From NCBI RefSeq assembly GCF_964355755.1, contig NC_092672.1, positions 4,340,001-4,404,000 on the forward strand: a DNA stretch of 64,000 nt, in the 5' to 3' direction. Source of the stretch: Antedon mediterranea. Taxonomy: Eukaryota; Animalia; Echinodermata. Shown in pieces: positions 35,701 through 47,952 of this stretch (its first letter is position 1; each line of letters opens with the position of its first letter). The notes under the pieces were generated by a model. It searched no databases. It was not told where the DNA came from and worked only from the letters and a program-made list of their open reading frames with translations. The position numbers were made by a program, and so were the translations under genes.

Positions 35701-38700
35701 AAATGACTATAGTTGAGAACAGTGTTAAACTGGATCGTACATTAATGTTTTTTGTTGTATATTGTTAAGTTTATCCTATTCTTTATCACTGTTCTCAAGT
35801 ATACCAAAATGACTATAGTTGAGAACAGTGTTAAACTGGATCGTACATTAATGTTTTTTGTTGTATATTTTTAAGTTTATCCTATTCTTTATCACTGTGC
35901 TCAAGTATACCAAAATGACTATAGTTGAGAACAGTGTTAAACTGGATCGTACATTAATGTTTTTTGTTGTATATTGTTAAGTTTATCCTATTCTTTATCA
36001 CTGTTCTCAAGTATACCAAAATGACTATAGTTGAGAACAGTGTTAAACTGGATCATACATTAATGCTATTTGTTGTATATTATTAAGTTTATCCTATTCT
36101 TTATCACTGTGCTTAAGTATACCAAAATGACTATAGTTGAGAACAGTGTTAAACGGGATCGTACATTAATGTTTTTTGTTGTATATTATTAAGTTTATCC
36201 TATTCTTTATCACTGTGCTCAAGTATACCAAAATGACTATAGTCGAGAACAGTGTTAAACGGGATCATACCTTAATGCTATTTGTTGTATATTGTTAAGT
36301 TTATCCTATTCTTTATCACTGTGCTTAAGTAAACCAAAATGACTATAGTTGAGAACAGTGTTAAACGGGATCGTACATTAATGTTTTTTGTTGTATATTA
36401 TTAAGTTTATCCTATTCTTTATCACTGTGCTCAAGTATACCAAAATGACTATAGTCGAGAACAGTGTTAAACGGGATCATACCTTAATGCTATTTGTTGT
36501 ATATTATTAAGTTTATCCTATTCTTTATCACTGTGCTCAAGTATACCAAAATGACTATAGTTGAGAACAGTGTTAAACTGGATCATACCTTAATGTTTTT
36601 TGTTGTTTATTATTAAGTTTATCCTATTCTTTATCACTGTGCTTAAGTATACCAAAATGACTATAGTTGAGAACAGTGTTAAACTGGATCGTACATTAAT
36701 GTTATTTGTTGTATATTATTAAGTTTATCCTATTCTTTATCACTGTGCTCAAGTATACCAAAATGACTATAGTTGAGAACAGTGTTAAACTGGATCGTAC
36801 ATTAATGCTATTTGTTGTATATTATTAAGTTTATCCTATTCTTTATCACTGTGCTCAAGTATACCAAAATGACTATAGTTGAGAACAGTGTTAAACGGAA
36901 TCGTACATTAATGTTATATGTTGTATATTGTTAAGTTTATCCTATTCTTTATCACTGTGCTCAAGTATACTAAAATGACTATAGTTGAGAACAGTGTTTA
37001 ACTACATCGTACATTAATGTTATGTGTTGTATATTGTTAAGTTTATCCTATTCTTTATCACTGTGCTCAAGTATACCAAAATGACTATAGTTGAGAACAG
37101 TGTTAAACGGGATCATACATTAATTTTATTTGTTGTATAATGTTAAGTTTATCCTATTCTTTATCACTGTTCTCAAGTATCCAAAATGACTATAGTTGAG
37201 AACAGTGTTAAACTGGATCGTACATTAATGCTATTTGTTGTATATTGTTAAGTTTATCCTATTCTTTATCACTGTGCTCAAGTATACCAAAATGACTATA
37301 GTCGAGAACAGTGGTAAACTGGATCGTACATTAATTTTATCCTTTGCTTTACTGTGCTTTGATTTGATAAGCAAGTTTGGTTGCCCCGCCCCCATATGTT
37401 GCCTACTAAATTAGGATTCCCTAGCTTTTCTATAAAAATTGAAGTACCCACAATGCACGTTATACGGAATTCATAGTCTTGTAAAATACAGACACAATAG
37501 TTTTTATCGTATTGTTTTCATTTAAATATCACTAAGATTGTCTTAAACTACAAACAACTAAAATTAGTGAAGGTATGCAAGTGTTTCTAAATATTTATTA
37601 CTGGTAGTATTAATACAATTTGGATTATATCATTTTCCAGAAAGGTAGAAAAAAACATAAAATAGTTGAGAATTCTCAACTAGCCAGGATGGTATAGGAA
37701 ATATAGCTCCAGTCGAGCAGCAAAGTGCTCATTTAACCGTTAAAACGCTGTTTTTTAACTGCGCAGGTCACTGAGCATCGCCAAGTTACAGTGACTTCCG
37801 GTTCGCTTTTCACTTCGCGGCAAGCATTTTGCATGGGAATACCCTTACAAATCTGCTGCAATTTCCACCATCCGGGTTAAATTATATCTTTCTATATTTG
37901 GAAATTGTTACTCCTAATATGGAAGATTATTCCCGCCACAAAATTTTGGTATAAATAGCCCAGGAAAGGACGACAGAGCTTATTGAAGAAAAAAGTGCAG
38001 ATGGAGGTGTTTGTTGAGGTAGGCTACATGATTTATTTGTTTGGTTTCGTAGGGAATCCGGCACTTTTCTCATCAGCACGGAACCTTTATAAAAACTTAG
38101 TGGTTGGTTATTAGGTTATTAATCTATCTTTTCTGAAAGTTTAAGCTTGGTTCAGCTTGTGGGACGGATTCAATATCCGTTCAAAGCTGGGGATATATTC
38201 TAAGCAGACTCCATCTTGGATTCGTATGTTTAGTACAGGCCGTGTGGTTGAGTAATTTCAATCCTTCAAAATCACTATGTGCAATCCGTTTTTAAACCAG
38301 TTAATATACCAAAATATGTTATTAGTAGCTTTATTATTTTGGATTTGGTGCTAGTTTGGTAAATATTGCAATATAATTGTAGATTATTTGGTTGTAAAAA
38401 AATGTACCCAACTTGAAGTATTATCTAGGCCTAGGCTAGGCCTAGCCCATTTGACGGAAACCCAGTGCTATTTGTAGGCGGATAGAGAGGGCCGCAGGCT
38501 AGTTTTTAGTGGCATATCGCCGACTTATTATAATCAATGTGAAGCCATATTATTATTATGTTTAAAATGTTGAATCTATATCCACTGGATTATCGATATA
38601 TATCGTCGGATATTTAAAGAAAGGCCTAAGCCTAGACCTTTTTATTTAATTAATTTAGGACTATATTACGGGAAATTCTTTGCCAAAGAAAAGAAAATAC

Positions 38701-41700
38701 GTTGTGGCTGTTGGAGGTTTGTAAATATATGACAATAATGTAGCCTAGGCTAGGAAGGACTGTAGGTAGGATGAGGTAATTTGGATGGTCGTACATATGA
38801 TATTTATATATACAGTATTGTGTATAGTAGTGATCATGGCGACAAAATTTAGGATGACTAAAGTTGACATTAAAATTAATTAACTATGAATAGCTCATTA
38901 TTGGTGTTTTTTTTTTCTTTCAGGTTTCTAAGAATAAACTATCCGACTTGTGATTCATCTTATGAATATGCTATTTAAATGTTATTGACATTTTTTTTGC
39001 TGCATTTTGTAATTCCGCACTACTTGCTTTATCGCGATTCCAAGATGGCGGCAATTCAAATTTTGATTTGGTAATAATTCGCGAGGTCAACCACTTTGCT
39101 GCCCGACTTATGTATGTAAACTCTTGTGTTTCGCTATTAAAGAGGTACTCTCAACTTTTTGTTGAAAAACCAATGGATATAATAATGGTGTTATTGACAC
39201 ACACATTTAAAAGATGCGATTTATTGTCTGTGTGTTTACATTTTTAATATATTTTTTGGAAGTGAAATACTTTTATTTTAATATACCTTTAAATACACGC
39301 CCTCCCCTTGAAATGAATATCATATCGCCCCCCCCCCCCCCCCCCAGGACATGGTTTGTAATTATTTATTGACTTCCATGATCTACAATTGACCATCCCC
39401 TGGGGGGCTGGTTATTTGAATAAATACTGTAATAATTAATACAAAATGTACTTTATTTTTACTAGCCTGGATACCCTCAAGCAATGAAGCCAACGGACCA
39501 GGTTATAAGTGGGATGACGGACCTGATTCAGACCCTGAAGACGACGATAACGCGCAAGAAAAAGTTGAACAACTGCCAACTAACGTCCAATTCACACCTG
39601 TTCCTGGCTATGAAAGTATCATGTTTAATGATGGTAAATTTTGTTTACATTTAAAATTTATAAATTTTTCTCTTTTATTTAGATCATGTATTATATTCTA
39701 TTAGTAAATACTAAAAGTTTGCAGTTTTATAATATGTCCAGCAATTTTACAATTCCAATCGAGAAATTACCTCTAATTATCCATGCAAATAAAGTCTTTA
39801 TCCTATTAACATGTCATCTTATTAACATGACAGCCATTTGGTTATCCATGAAAATTAAAAGGCTACTGGGTTATATTATGGTGCAGGTTCCCTAAAGCTC
39901 TGTCTACACTATCAAACTTTATGTGACAAATAAATGTGATGTGTCCATATATCCGTCCTTTACGCCTTTATAGCCAACTTCATACATTTGATAAACTCGC
40001 AGCAAAAAAGATAGGAAACTGTAGAGTTAAAGTATCATTGTGCAATTAATGCTTCCTTTTTAAAAATGAATTTTTACTAGTTTAATTTTATGATAAAAGC
40101 TTTTAATGTATTTTGTTGTAATCTTCTGAATTTGTATAGTATTTCTATTTTTTATATTTCATGCCAGTTTCAAATGCATTTCTATTTTATATTACTATGG
40201 ACAATAAAATAATCAGTATCAGTATGGGCAAAATGTCATATCACTACCATATTTAGGCACGTCACCACACTTTTTTTGTCAAACTAATTTGAGAGGATCA
40301 GCTACATCTATGTTCTACAGGCCCTTGTTACTCCACATTCCATGTGTGCATTTTTTTACATTCTATATTATTCTTTTCCTCAGTGTCTGCCCCTCCACCT
40401 GCATATCAGCCTCCACCTCCCGAAAAAAGACCAGAAGAAGTTTTTCAGAGGTACATATGTGACACTTATTTGATCTTTTGCCGTATATAATGCAATGTAT
40501 TGCCATTTTAATAGCAATTTCAATTTGTTTTCCATTTATTTAGTACTGGAGCTATTGGAGAGGAAGAGGTTCGCAATGCTATTATAGAGTTTGTTGCGCA
40601 AAACTGTTGCTATGGAGCTAAACCAGCAAGAGAGATGACCTTTGAAAAAATTCTGCCCTCTAGTGCCCTGCATGTAAGTGAGAACGTCAACTAGCTCTGT
40701 ACTTAAACTCTACATATGCGCATTATTGAACAACTAGTACAGTACTTAAATAATATAAACGTCTGCAAAAAGTTTACAAAATTCTATCAATTCTAACTAC
40801 AGTATTGCTTTTATCAAATATTTCTATTCAATTACAGTAATTATTTTGTGTATTTATGTATTTTCTACACAGTATAAACTTGAAACCCACACCGAGGGGC
40901 GCACAACAAAACGTGAACACGTGCCGTACCGAGGAGGCATGGTAGATGGACCCCAAATGGGTATCCCACCATTACCATGGTCTATGCACTGTCAGCCTGA
41001 TAACTTGTTTATGGATCACACCAAGACTATGGAGGTACCTCATACATCTGATGTTAGGGTAAGCTTGACCATTTTTTTATATTAGATAGTTTTAATATGC
41101 ATAATTTAATCAATATTACAAGAATTAAGAATATATTCGGTAATAGAATATATTTTTTTCATTTATATATATCTTTATACTTTTATTGACAGGTATAGAC
41201 AATACAGTATAACCTTTCATTTGGGACACCACTACTCAGCTCAGGGGACACCTCTGTTCAGGGACAACTCTATTCAGGGAACACCTCTATTATAATTCAG
41301 AGGAAAACTCTATTCAGGGAACACCTCTATTCAGGGGACAACTCTATTTAGGGGACACCTCTATTCAGGGGACACCTCTATTCAGGGGACACCTCTATTC
41401 AGGGGACACCTCTATTCAGGGGACACCTCTATTCAGGGGACACCTCTATTCAGGGGACACCTCTATTCAGGGGACACCTCTATTCAGGGGACACCTCTAT
41501 TTAGGGGACACTTATATTCAGGGGACACTTATATTCAGGGGACACCTCTATTTAGGGGACTATTTAGGGAGCACTCCTATTAAGAGGAGGGTGTCCCATT
41601 AACAGATGTTCTACTGTATACAGATTCAGTTTCTATTTATGTTCAAGTATGACTTTATGTCCTATAACTGTGACAAAATAAATTCATTAAAATAAACTAT

Positions 41701-44143
41701 TTGAACATCTATTTGATTTAATTTTTTTCTAAATTTATTTTGTCTTATAATGTCAGGAATGTCACAACTGCTTTGCAAGAGGTTTTGTCAGATGTGGCCG
41801 TTGCCATGGAAGAGGTCGGGTATGTTGATTTCCAATACAACGAAACTTTTAAAATAAAACAACTATTATTTCTTCATTTGATCCTAATATTTATGCTAGT
41901 AATTATATGAAACAAAAATAAGGTTAGTTTTTAAATCATGTAAAATTTTCTCTTTTTGTGATTTAGGTTCGATGTAGTACATGCAGCGGATCAGGTAGAA
42001 CACATGAACACCGGGATGGAGAGACGGTATCGGAGACATGCCATACATGTCATGGGTCTGGGAAAAATAGGTAAGCCGACATTTAATGATATAGTTTAAT
42101 ATTTTACAATGCTAGCAAATTATCAAACAATATCTATTATTTAACAAAATCTGCTTTTGTTACTTAGGTCTTGGGTAACATGCGATAATGCACAGTATTA
42201 TAATTTAACAAATATATATTACATTTTTTTAAAATTTTATTAGGTGTTTTCGATGTGGCGGAGATGGACGAATCACGTGCCCAGTGTGTGAAGGTTTTAG
42301 GCAGCTACGATTCTTCATTAAACTGTTTGTTAAATAGTAAGATTTTGTTTGATATGCATAAGAACTCTTAATAATGTCAAATATTTAAATATACTTACAG
42401 TCTGTGTACACTATCAAAATAGTTTGACAAAAAAAGTGTGATGTGCCCAAATATTTTAGTGATATGACATCATCACATTTTTTCAAGTTTGCAGACTCTG
42501 TAGACAGAGCTTTATAATCTGTGTTCATATTAATTTCCACTGAACTGTAATATCTAAATTGAGATTTTGTGGGGACAAATCTGTACTGTGTCCTAATTAT
42601 GCAGTAGCGTATTTATTATTTTTTCCTTAGTACCAACCATGTTGATGATTATATTTATGAAACCACTGACTTACCTGACGAACTGATACGCGATGTGCAG
42701 GGGCAAACGTTGTTTGAGCAGACTTTAGCCTATGTGAGTTTTTTTAAGGATTTTCCTAAAATGATCATCTTTGGAACTTACTGATAAGCCTACCCTTGGC
42801 ATACAATTACCCATATTTCTATGAGATATGGGATCTCTATAGGTTTTTCAATACATTAATCTAGACTTTACTGGACTGTATTGTTTTTATTCGTACTGTG
42901 TCCTCCTAGCCTAGAGATAGACTTCCAAAGGTTCTTGACAACCTTAGCCCAAGAACACAGTATCGCTTGGTTCGCACTACATAATGTAACGACGTAGATG
43001 CAACTCAAGCGAGTTGACCAATAACAAGCGACAGTTTGAATAATTCATCGCTTGTGATTGGTCAAATACCTTACGTTCCATTGCGTCTGTTGTGGGAACC
43101 AAGCATTATTTATTTTATTTTATTAACCATCTTTAAAGAGAATCATCCGTGCAGGTCTTCATTAAAACAGAACAGAAAGGGGTCCTCTGTCTATTGGAAG
43201 AAAGTTGGATAGCCGAGTGGTTAGGACACTGTCATACAGATAGACCCGGGTTCAATTCCCGACAACTCCCAGTCCACTCAGCTGTAAATGAGTACCTAGT
43301 TGAAAATACTAAGGAGAAAAAAAGGCGGCGTGGAAAGGAACTGGCCACCCTACCACATAATGCCAAGGCTTAGTACAATGAGCTCCTAACAGCTCATTCC
43401 CCTACGTTCAGAATGAACACGGCACTCACCTTTACCTTACCTGTCTACTGAAATAAAATACATAAAATTATTTTAGCTTTTATAAGAGATAATAACCTTT
43501 GACCTGTTAATTGTTAATTTTGCAGGTTTGGCCAATCTCACAATACGCTCAACCCGAGATCAACCAGAACTCCATTCGTATTGTAGAGACACATCGTTCT
43601 GCTTGGCCGAATGAAAAACAACTTCAGCAGGTACACTATTAACTTATTCTTTTGGAATTGTAACAGAATTTGAACCAATAGATAAAAAATATTATTGCAA
43701 TCCTATCCTGTCTTTACTTTACCTAACCTCTTCGGGCCTCGTTCGTTCTATCAGTGGCGATTTCTTTTGCTTCGTTCCATGTCTTCCATCCTAGTTATTC
43801 TCTCTCTGTTTCTCTGTCCTCCACCATGTTGTTTTGGGACTTCCACATTTCTCCTGCCTTCTGGTTTGCTGTCATACACTGGCAATTGTTTTCCATTCTC
43901 ATCACATGGCCAATCCATTTCCATCTTTTGAACTTGGTCTTAATCCTATCACAGTTTCTAGTTTCTTTTGTAATTGGCATTATTTTGTTATTTCAGCGTC
44001 ACAACCTGCGGGCTGTCCCAGTGAGTGAGGTACACTACAAATGGAACGATGATGCTTCTCGCTTCTGGGTTTATGGCTTTGAGAACACTGTTTATTGCCC
44101 AGATTATCCTCAGACCTGCTGCTGGGGGTGTAATATCATTTAA
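29738..44143 (+). CDS. SSUH2: SSUH2 homologue A with Pro/Gly/Gln/Tyr-repeat N-terminus (560 aa, 11 coding exons)
   Basis: Exons 29738-30254, 39466-39633, 40384-40450, 40544-40673, 40873-41058, 41757-41819, 41967-42070, 42244-42336, 42631-42733, 43526-43630, 43997-44143 (1683 nt, phases consistent). Motifs CCYG, EVPHTS, DnaJ-type CxxCxGxG repeats, VYGFE...[11 protein letters not shown]. Confidence 0.88.
29815..30205 (+). repeat. Coding 63-bp minisatellite (21-aa [21 protein letters not shown], about 6 copies)
   Basis: 63-nt period visible (CCCTCCCCC at 29941 and 30004). Confidence 0.9.
30633..31264. mobile_element. Kolobok-like MITE
   Basis: Ends TAAAGACCCCTTCCCT / AGGGAATGGGGCTTTA are imperfect inverted repeats. 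Confidence 0.65.
31670..33135 (+). repeat. 106-bp tandem array, about 14 copies
   Basis: The TTCTC(A/G)ACTATAGT motif recurs at 31741, 31847, 31946, 32053 ... 33010, 33091. Confidence 0.95.
33135..34500 (+). repeat. More degenerate ~88-bp tandem array, about 12 copies
   Basis: Unit AAAAGTGAAATAACACTAATATTTGTAGATGAATATGACGTGGACACGTACATATGTTGATGAGTATATTGATATAAATCGACTTTT. Confidence 0.9.
34073..34113 (+). ncRNA. Candidate minimal type I hammerhead ribozyme (Penelope-like element pLTR remnant)
   Basis: GCA-CTGATGA-A-GGGC-TAGTGTT-GCCC-GAAA-AC-TC-TGC: catalytic boxes, a 4-bp stem II and a 3-bp stem I, inside a ~180-bp insert that interrupts the 88-bp array. Confidence 0.55.
34920..37335 (-). repeat. 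106-bp tandem array, about 23 copies, reverse complement of the 31670-33135 array
   Basis: Unit ...GTATACCAAAATGACTATAGTTGAGAACAGTGTTAAAC... is the reverse complement of the left-array unit. Confidence 0.95.
39952..40222 (+). mobile_element. LINE 3' fragment (Rex1-like) splitting a MITE copy
   Basis: GCCAGTTTCAAATGCATTTCT...ATGGACAATAAA plus an (ATCAGT)n tail resembles the 3' end of the 13127-13455 element; MITE halves lie on both sides. Confidence 0.6.
41204..41619. repeat. pogo/Tigger-like MITE with an internal 17-bp minisatellite (GGGGACACCTCTATTCA, about 19 copies)
   Basis: Ends TA|CAGTATAACCT ... TGTTCTACTG|TA; tandem array at 41243-41560. Confidence 0.75.
43205..43445 (+). mobile_element. 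tRNA-derived SINE
   Basis: A box TAGCCGAGTGG, B box GGTTCAATTCC, central CTGTAAATGAGTACC motif and ACCTT(T) repeat tail. Confidence 0.75.
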
Positions 44144-47100
44144 GTATACTACTTAGATTTTAGTGATGCACCATGAATTACTAAACATCTAGGCCATAGC
44201 ACGTTAATGTAAACTTAAATCATCTTAGGGCCTTGATGGAAAGTTTTGTCCCGATTTACCTTGTAAATATGGCGGCCTCTGGAGTTATCAAAGTCGCTTA
44301 TTAAATGCTCAAATTTTAAAATGCATATTCAAATGTGACAAAATGCTAGTATTACTTTTGTGGGTGCTTTTTTGTTATATCTGTGGGTTCTATTTTCACA
44401 ATGGTTGTTATTTGAGGGACCCCTTCCCACCAGGTTGATGTTAAATATAATATAACAAAATGTATGCATATAAACTAAAGCAAATTGGTACTGTATTGAA
44501 TATAAAATTTGAAATTTTAAAAATAAAAATCTCCTATCTCCATTTTATTTTCCAAAATGCTAATAAAACCAAAAATCTAGCACATTTAGTCTTAAAATTG
44601 CCCATTAAATAGTGCTGTGTGTTTTATGATGCCATAAGTGAGACATTAGATGTTAAACAAGTTGATGTTGTATACTGCTCAAACCATAGAGTAATTAATT
44701 ACTGACTAATCCCTCCATTTCAACCATCTGTTTATTAATTGTTGTTCTTCTATGAAGGACTATAATAAGTGTGGCCGCAGTCTGTAAAAAGTTATGCTTA
44801 TAAAAATTGTCTATTATATAATGAATTATATACATTAATATGCATTATTAATATTAATACCAAACTATGGTTTCTATGTTACCTATAAATAATAGAGCAT
44901 CAATAATTTCTGATCTTGTATTAGTATATTATCATAAAGAAATACATTTTGGCACACATGGCGTGTCATACCTACTACTGTATATAAAGCTCTGTCTACA
45001 CTATCAAACTAGTTTGACAAAAAAAGTGTGATATACCCAAATATGGTAGTGGTATGACATCATCATGTCCATATATGAGCAAATCACATAAAGTTTGATA
45101 GTGTAGACAGAGCTTTAGCACTGGAATCTAGTTCTACAAAAAGAATCCCCACTGTTGACGCTACAATAGATATTTGTGACAATTGCTTTTTAACAATATG
45201 CATTGTTTACATGTCACAATAATTCTGTATTCCTTGGTGACATTATGCTGTGTCACTGACATGCATTTACTCATTTCATAAATTAGTATTCAATGCCATT
45301 TTGTCTGTAGGCAAAAAAAAGTGAAATTACATATTTTGTAAAATTGTGGATTTGAAATAAATTAATTATAAAATAATGTAGTGAAGAATTAGATATATTT
45401 GCAGTGCCCTTATATTGAGCATTTTATTGTTCAATTGTAATATATTAGCATATTCTCTCATAAAATGAACAAAAGTTAGTTGAAGATTTATAATGTTCTC
45501 TGTAAACTTATGTTGTTGTCCACTATCATAAAACTGTATGTGACAAAAAAATGTGATGTGCCCATATATGAACATGATGATGTCATATCACTACCATATT
45601 TGGGCATATCAGTACCATATTTGGGAACATCACACTTGTTTTGTCAAACTAGTTTGGTAGTGTAGACAGAACAATTATGTCTTTTTTTAAATGTCACTAG
45701 GCTTACAGTACTGATCCAACTGGGTCAGATTTATTATCGTACTTATAAAAAATCATCTTAGTTTTGTTTCCAATCAATTGTTTTGTCAGTCGGTTTTAAA
45801 AATAACTGAAAAGAAAATCTTAGATGAATGTATTCATAGCACAAAAAAAACTGGTTTGATAAATAAAGCGTTAGTTTTTCACTTAAGCAACATTTTTTTA
45901 CTTACACAGAAATATTCCAGCCAATTAGTACTGTAGTTAATTAAGTTATTGTTTTTATTTCAATATATTCTCATTTTTATACATTTTGTTTGTAAAGTTT
46001 CACTTTTTTTTTCTATTGTATATCAACTTTATGCTGAATTCTAAATAACAGTATTAAAATAGTTTTATTTTTACATACTCATTACTAAATCAGTTGATAT
46101 TTTAACAAAACAATTTTTTTTTTATTTGTGTAGGGTACATTTTAAATTACAGTATCTTTCTATGATATGAAAATGCAAATTATTCCAAAATAAGTGTATT
46201 GTTGTCTGTGAAAATAAATATTTAGCATAATCTATTTGAGCATGTTTTTTAAATTTTATAGTGTTTTTTTTAAAGTTTTAATAAGAAATATGCAGCATCA
46301 AAGTAGAATATGTAGTTTGTATTTTATTTTATATGCTCATTATATTTTTAAAGAAATTATCATTAGAGGCTCAAGTACAATTATTCCCTTTTAATGTTGA
46401 AGAAAATAACCTTAAATTTCATGTTAATGGGAACATAGAGATATTAATATCTCTATGATGAAAACCAGAATAATTTGGCTGAATTATTAGAAATATGATT
46501 TTTTGTAATTGACGTTGAAAAATGATAGAATTCACGCCTCAACGCACAAATCCTTGGAGACCTTATCAACTGTCCAATGACACGGCTGAATGAGGATTAA
46601 CGCGAAGGATACATTGTTTTGTCTTGGATTTGAGGAAATGCTTTGTAGGTTTCAATTGATTAGTTACTATGTATCCTAGCAACATAAAGCTAAATACTAG
46701 ACAAGTGGGGTCTTCATAGTGGATAGTTGATAAAAACCTTATCAAGAAGAAAATTTAGTTACGGTCGTAAAATACTGAAAAAGGTAAGTTATAAATGATA
46801 GAATAAGTATTCTGAAATAATTTAAACTACACAGAAATATGTTTTTAACTTAAAGTGTTATTAATTTTTGATAATTTAGTAAATTGATACATATTTATTA
46901 GTTTGGAGTTTTTAGAATAGTGTATTGCGTTACAATTGTGTTATGTAACCAGTATGACGTATGCAGTATATTTTGTTTCGTAATATTATTTTCATGTAAT
47001 TAATAGTTTTCATTTTACTATTAGTATTGTTTAGTATCTTCTATTATTAATTACTTAATATTGAGATTTATTAATTAATTTCACCTACAACGTATATTTG

Positions 47101-47952
47101 AATACCTTACAGCTCTTCTGAATTAAAGTTGACCTTGATAATTATAACTTATTATGAGAGCTGGTTAAATGTAGATATGAATTCATATAAAAATTAAGCC
47201 TATCGAATCTTGTGACGTTATCATATGGCCAGTTGAAGTTAAAAAGCAATTTTTTCATCTCTTTCGTCGAAGTTATACAAATTTTAAAGAGCGTGCACCG
47301 CGCTTCTACGCGCCAAATTTTCTTCCAATTGTTATATTTCATTGCTCAATTCATTATCTTTCGATATTGTTATCCACAAGTTTATTTTGATAATGTCATC
47401 AGTGCCAAAAAATTAGAACATGATGTGTGTCCGTAATTTCACTAATGCTACACTGTATATAGATATACAGTATATACTGTACATAATGTATATGGCATAT
47501 AATAGGTATAACTCAGCAATATAGCGTATAATAGGATGGCATACATCAACATTTTCCGATTGTATGTTAACATACGTGCATGTTTAAAAAATATTAATGT
47601 CAATAAAATGATAAAAATGATCACCTATAATTCGTCAAAGTGACGAATTAAATTCTAGTTAATTACTTAATATTGAGATTTATTAATAATTGAATAGAAA
47701 CATAAATTTTTTAAGAAAGTACAATATATAATCTCAAAAAATAAAACACATCATCCATGTTGGAATTCTGTAATCTGTCACATATTAAATGCCCATTCAC
47801 TAGTTATTAATAATCCTACACCATAACTGCCTACTTTATACCATTAATCTTTCCAAATTTATTTCCATAGGCTATAAAGCACTGTATTTCACATTAATCA
47901 GTTGAAGAAAAAAAAACACACTTTTATTTATTTTTCAAGCCTTTCTATAAGA

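Larger units (their letters stand above)
31347..37709. mobile_element. 6.4 kb non-coding foldback-type DNA transposon in SSUH2-A intron
   Basis: Gap-free imperfect ~49-bp TIRs containing the palindrome TAGTTGAGAATTCTCAACTA; 7-bp direct repeat CAGTCGA at 31340-31346 and 37710-37716; mutually inverted 106-bp arrays inside. Confidence 0.8.

Noticed and set aside
31670-37335. CRISPR-like appearance of the regular arrays, and short ORFs across them
   Set aside because: Units are contiguous with no unique spacers, there are no cas genes and the context is eukaryotic; the ORFs are by-products of the repeat.
37720-39150. CpG-richer tract with splice-like sites and CAAGATGGCGG motif in the SSUH2-A intron
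   Set aside because: No convincing ORF or matching termini found; probably another TE remnant, but I cannot support a call.
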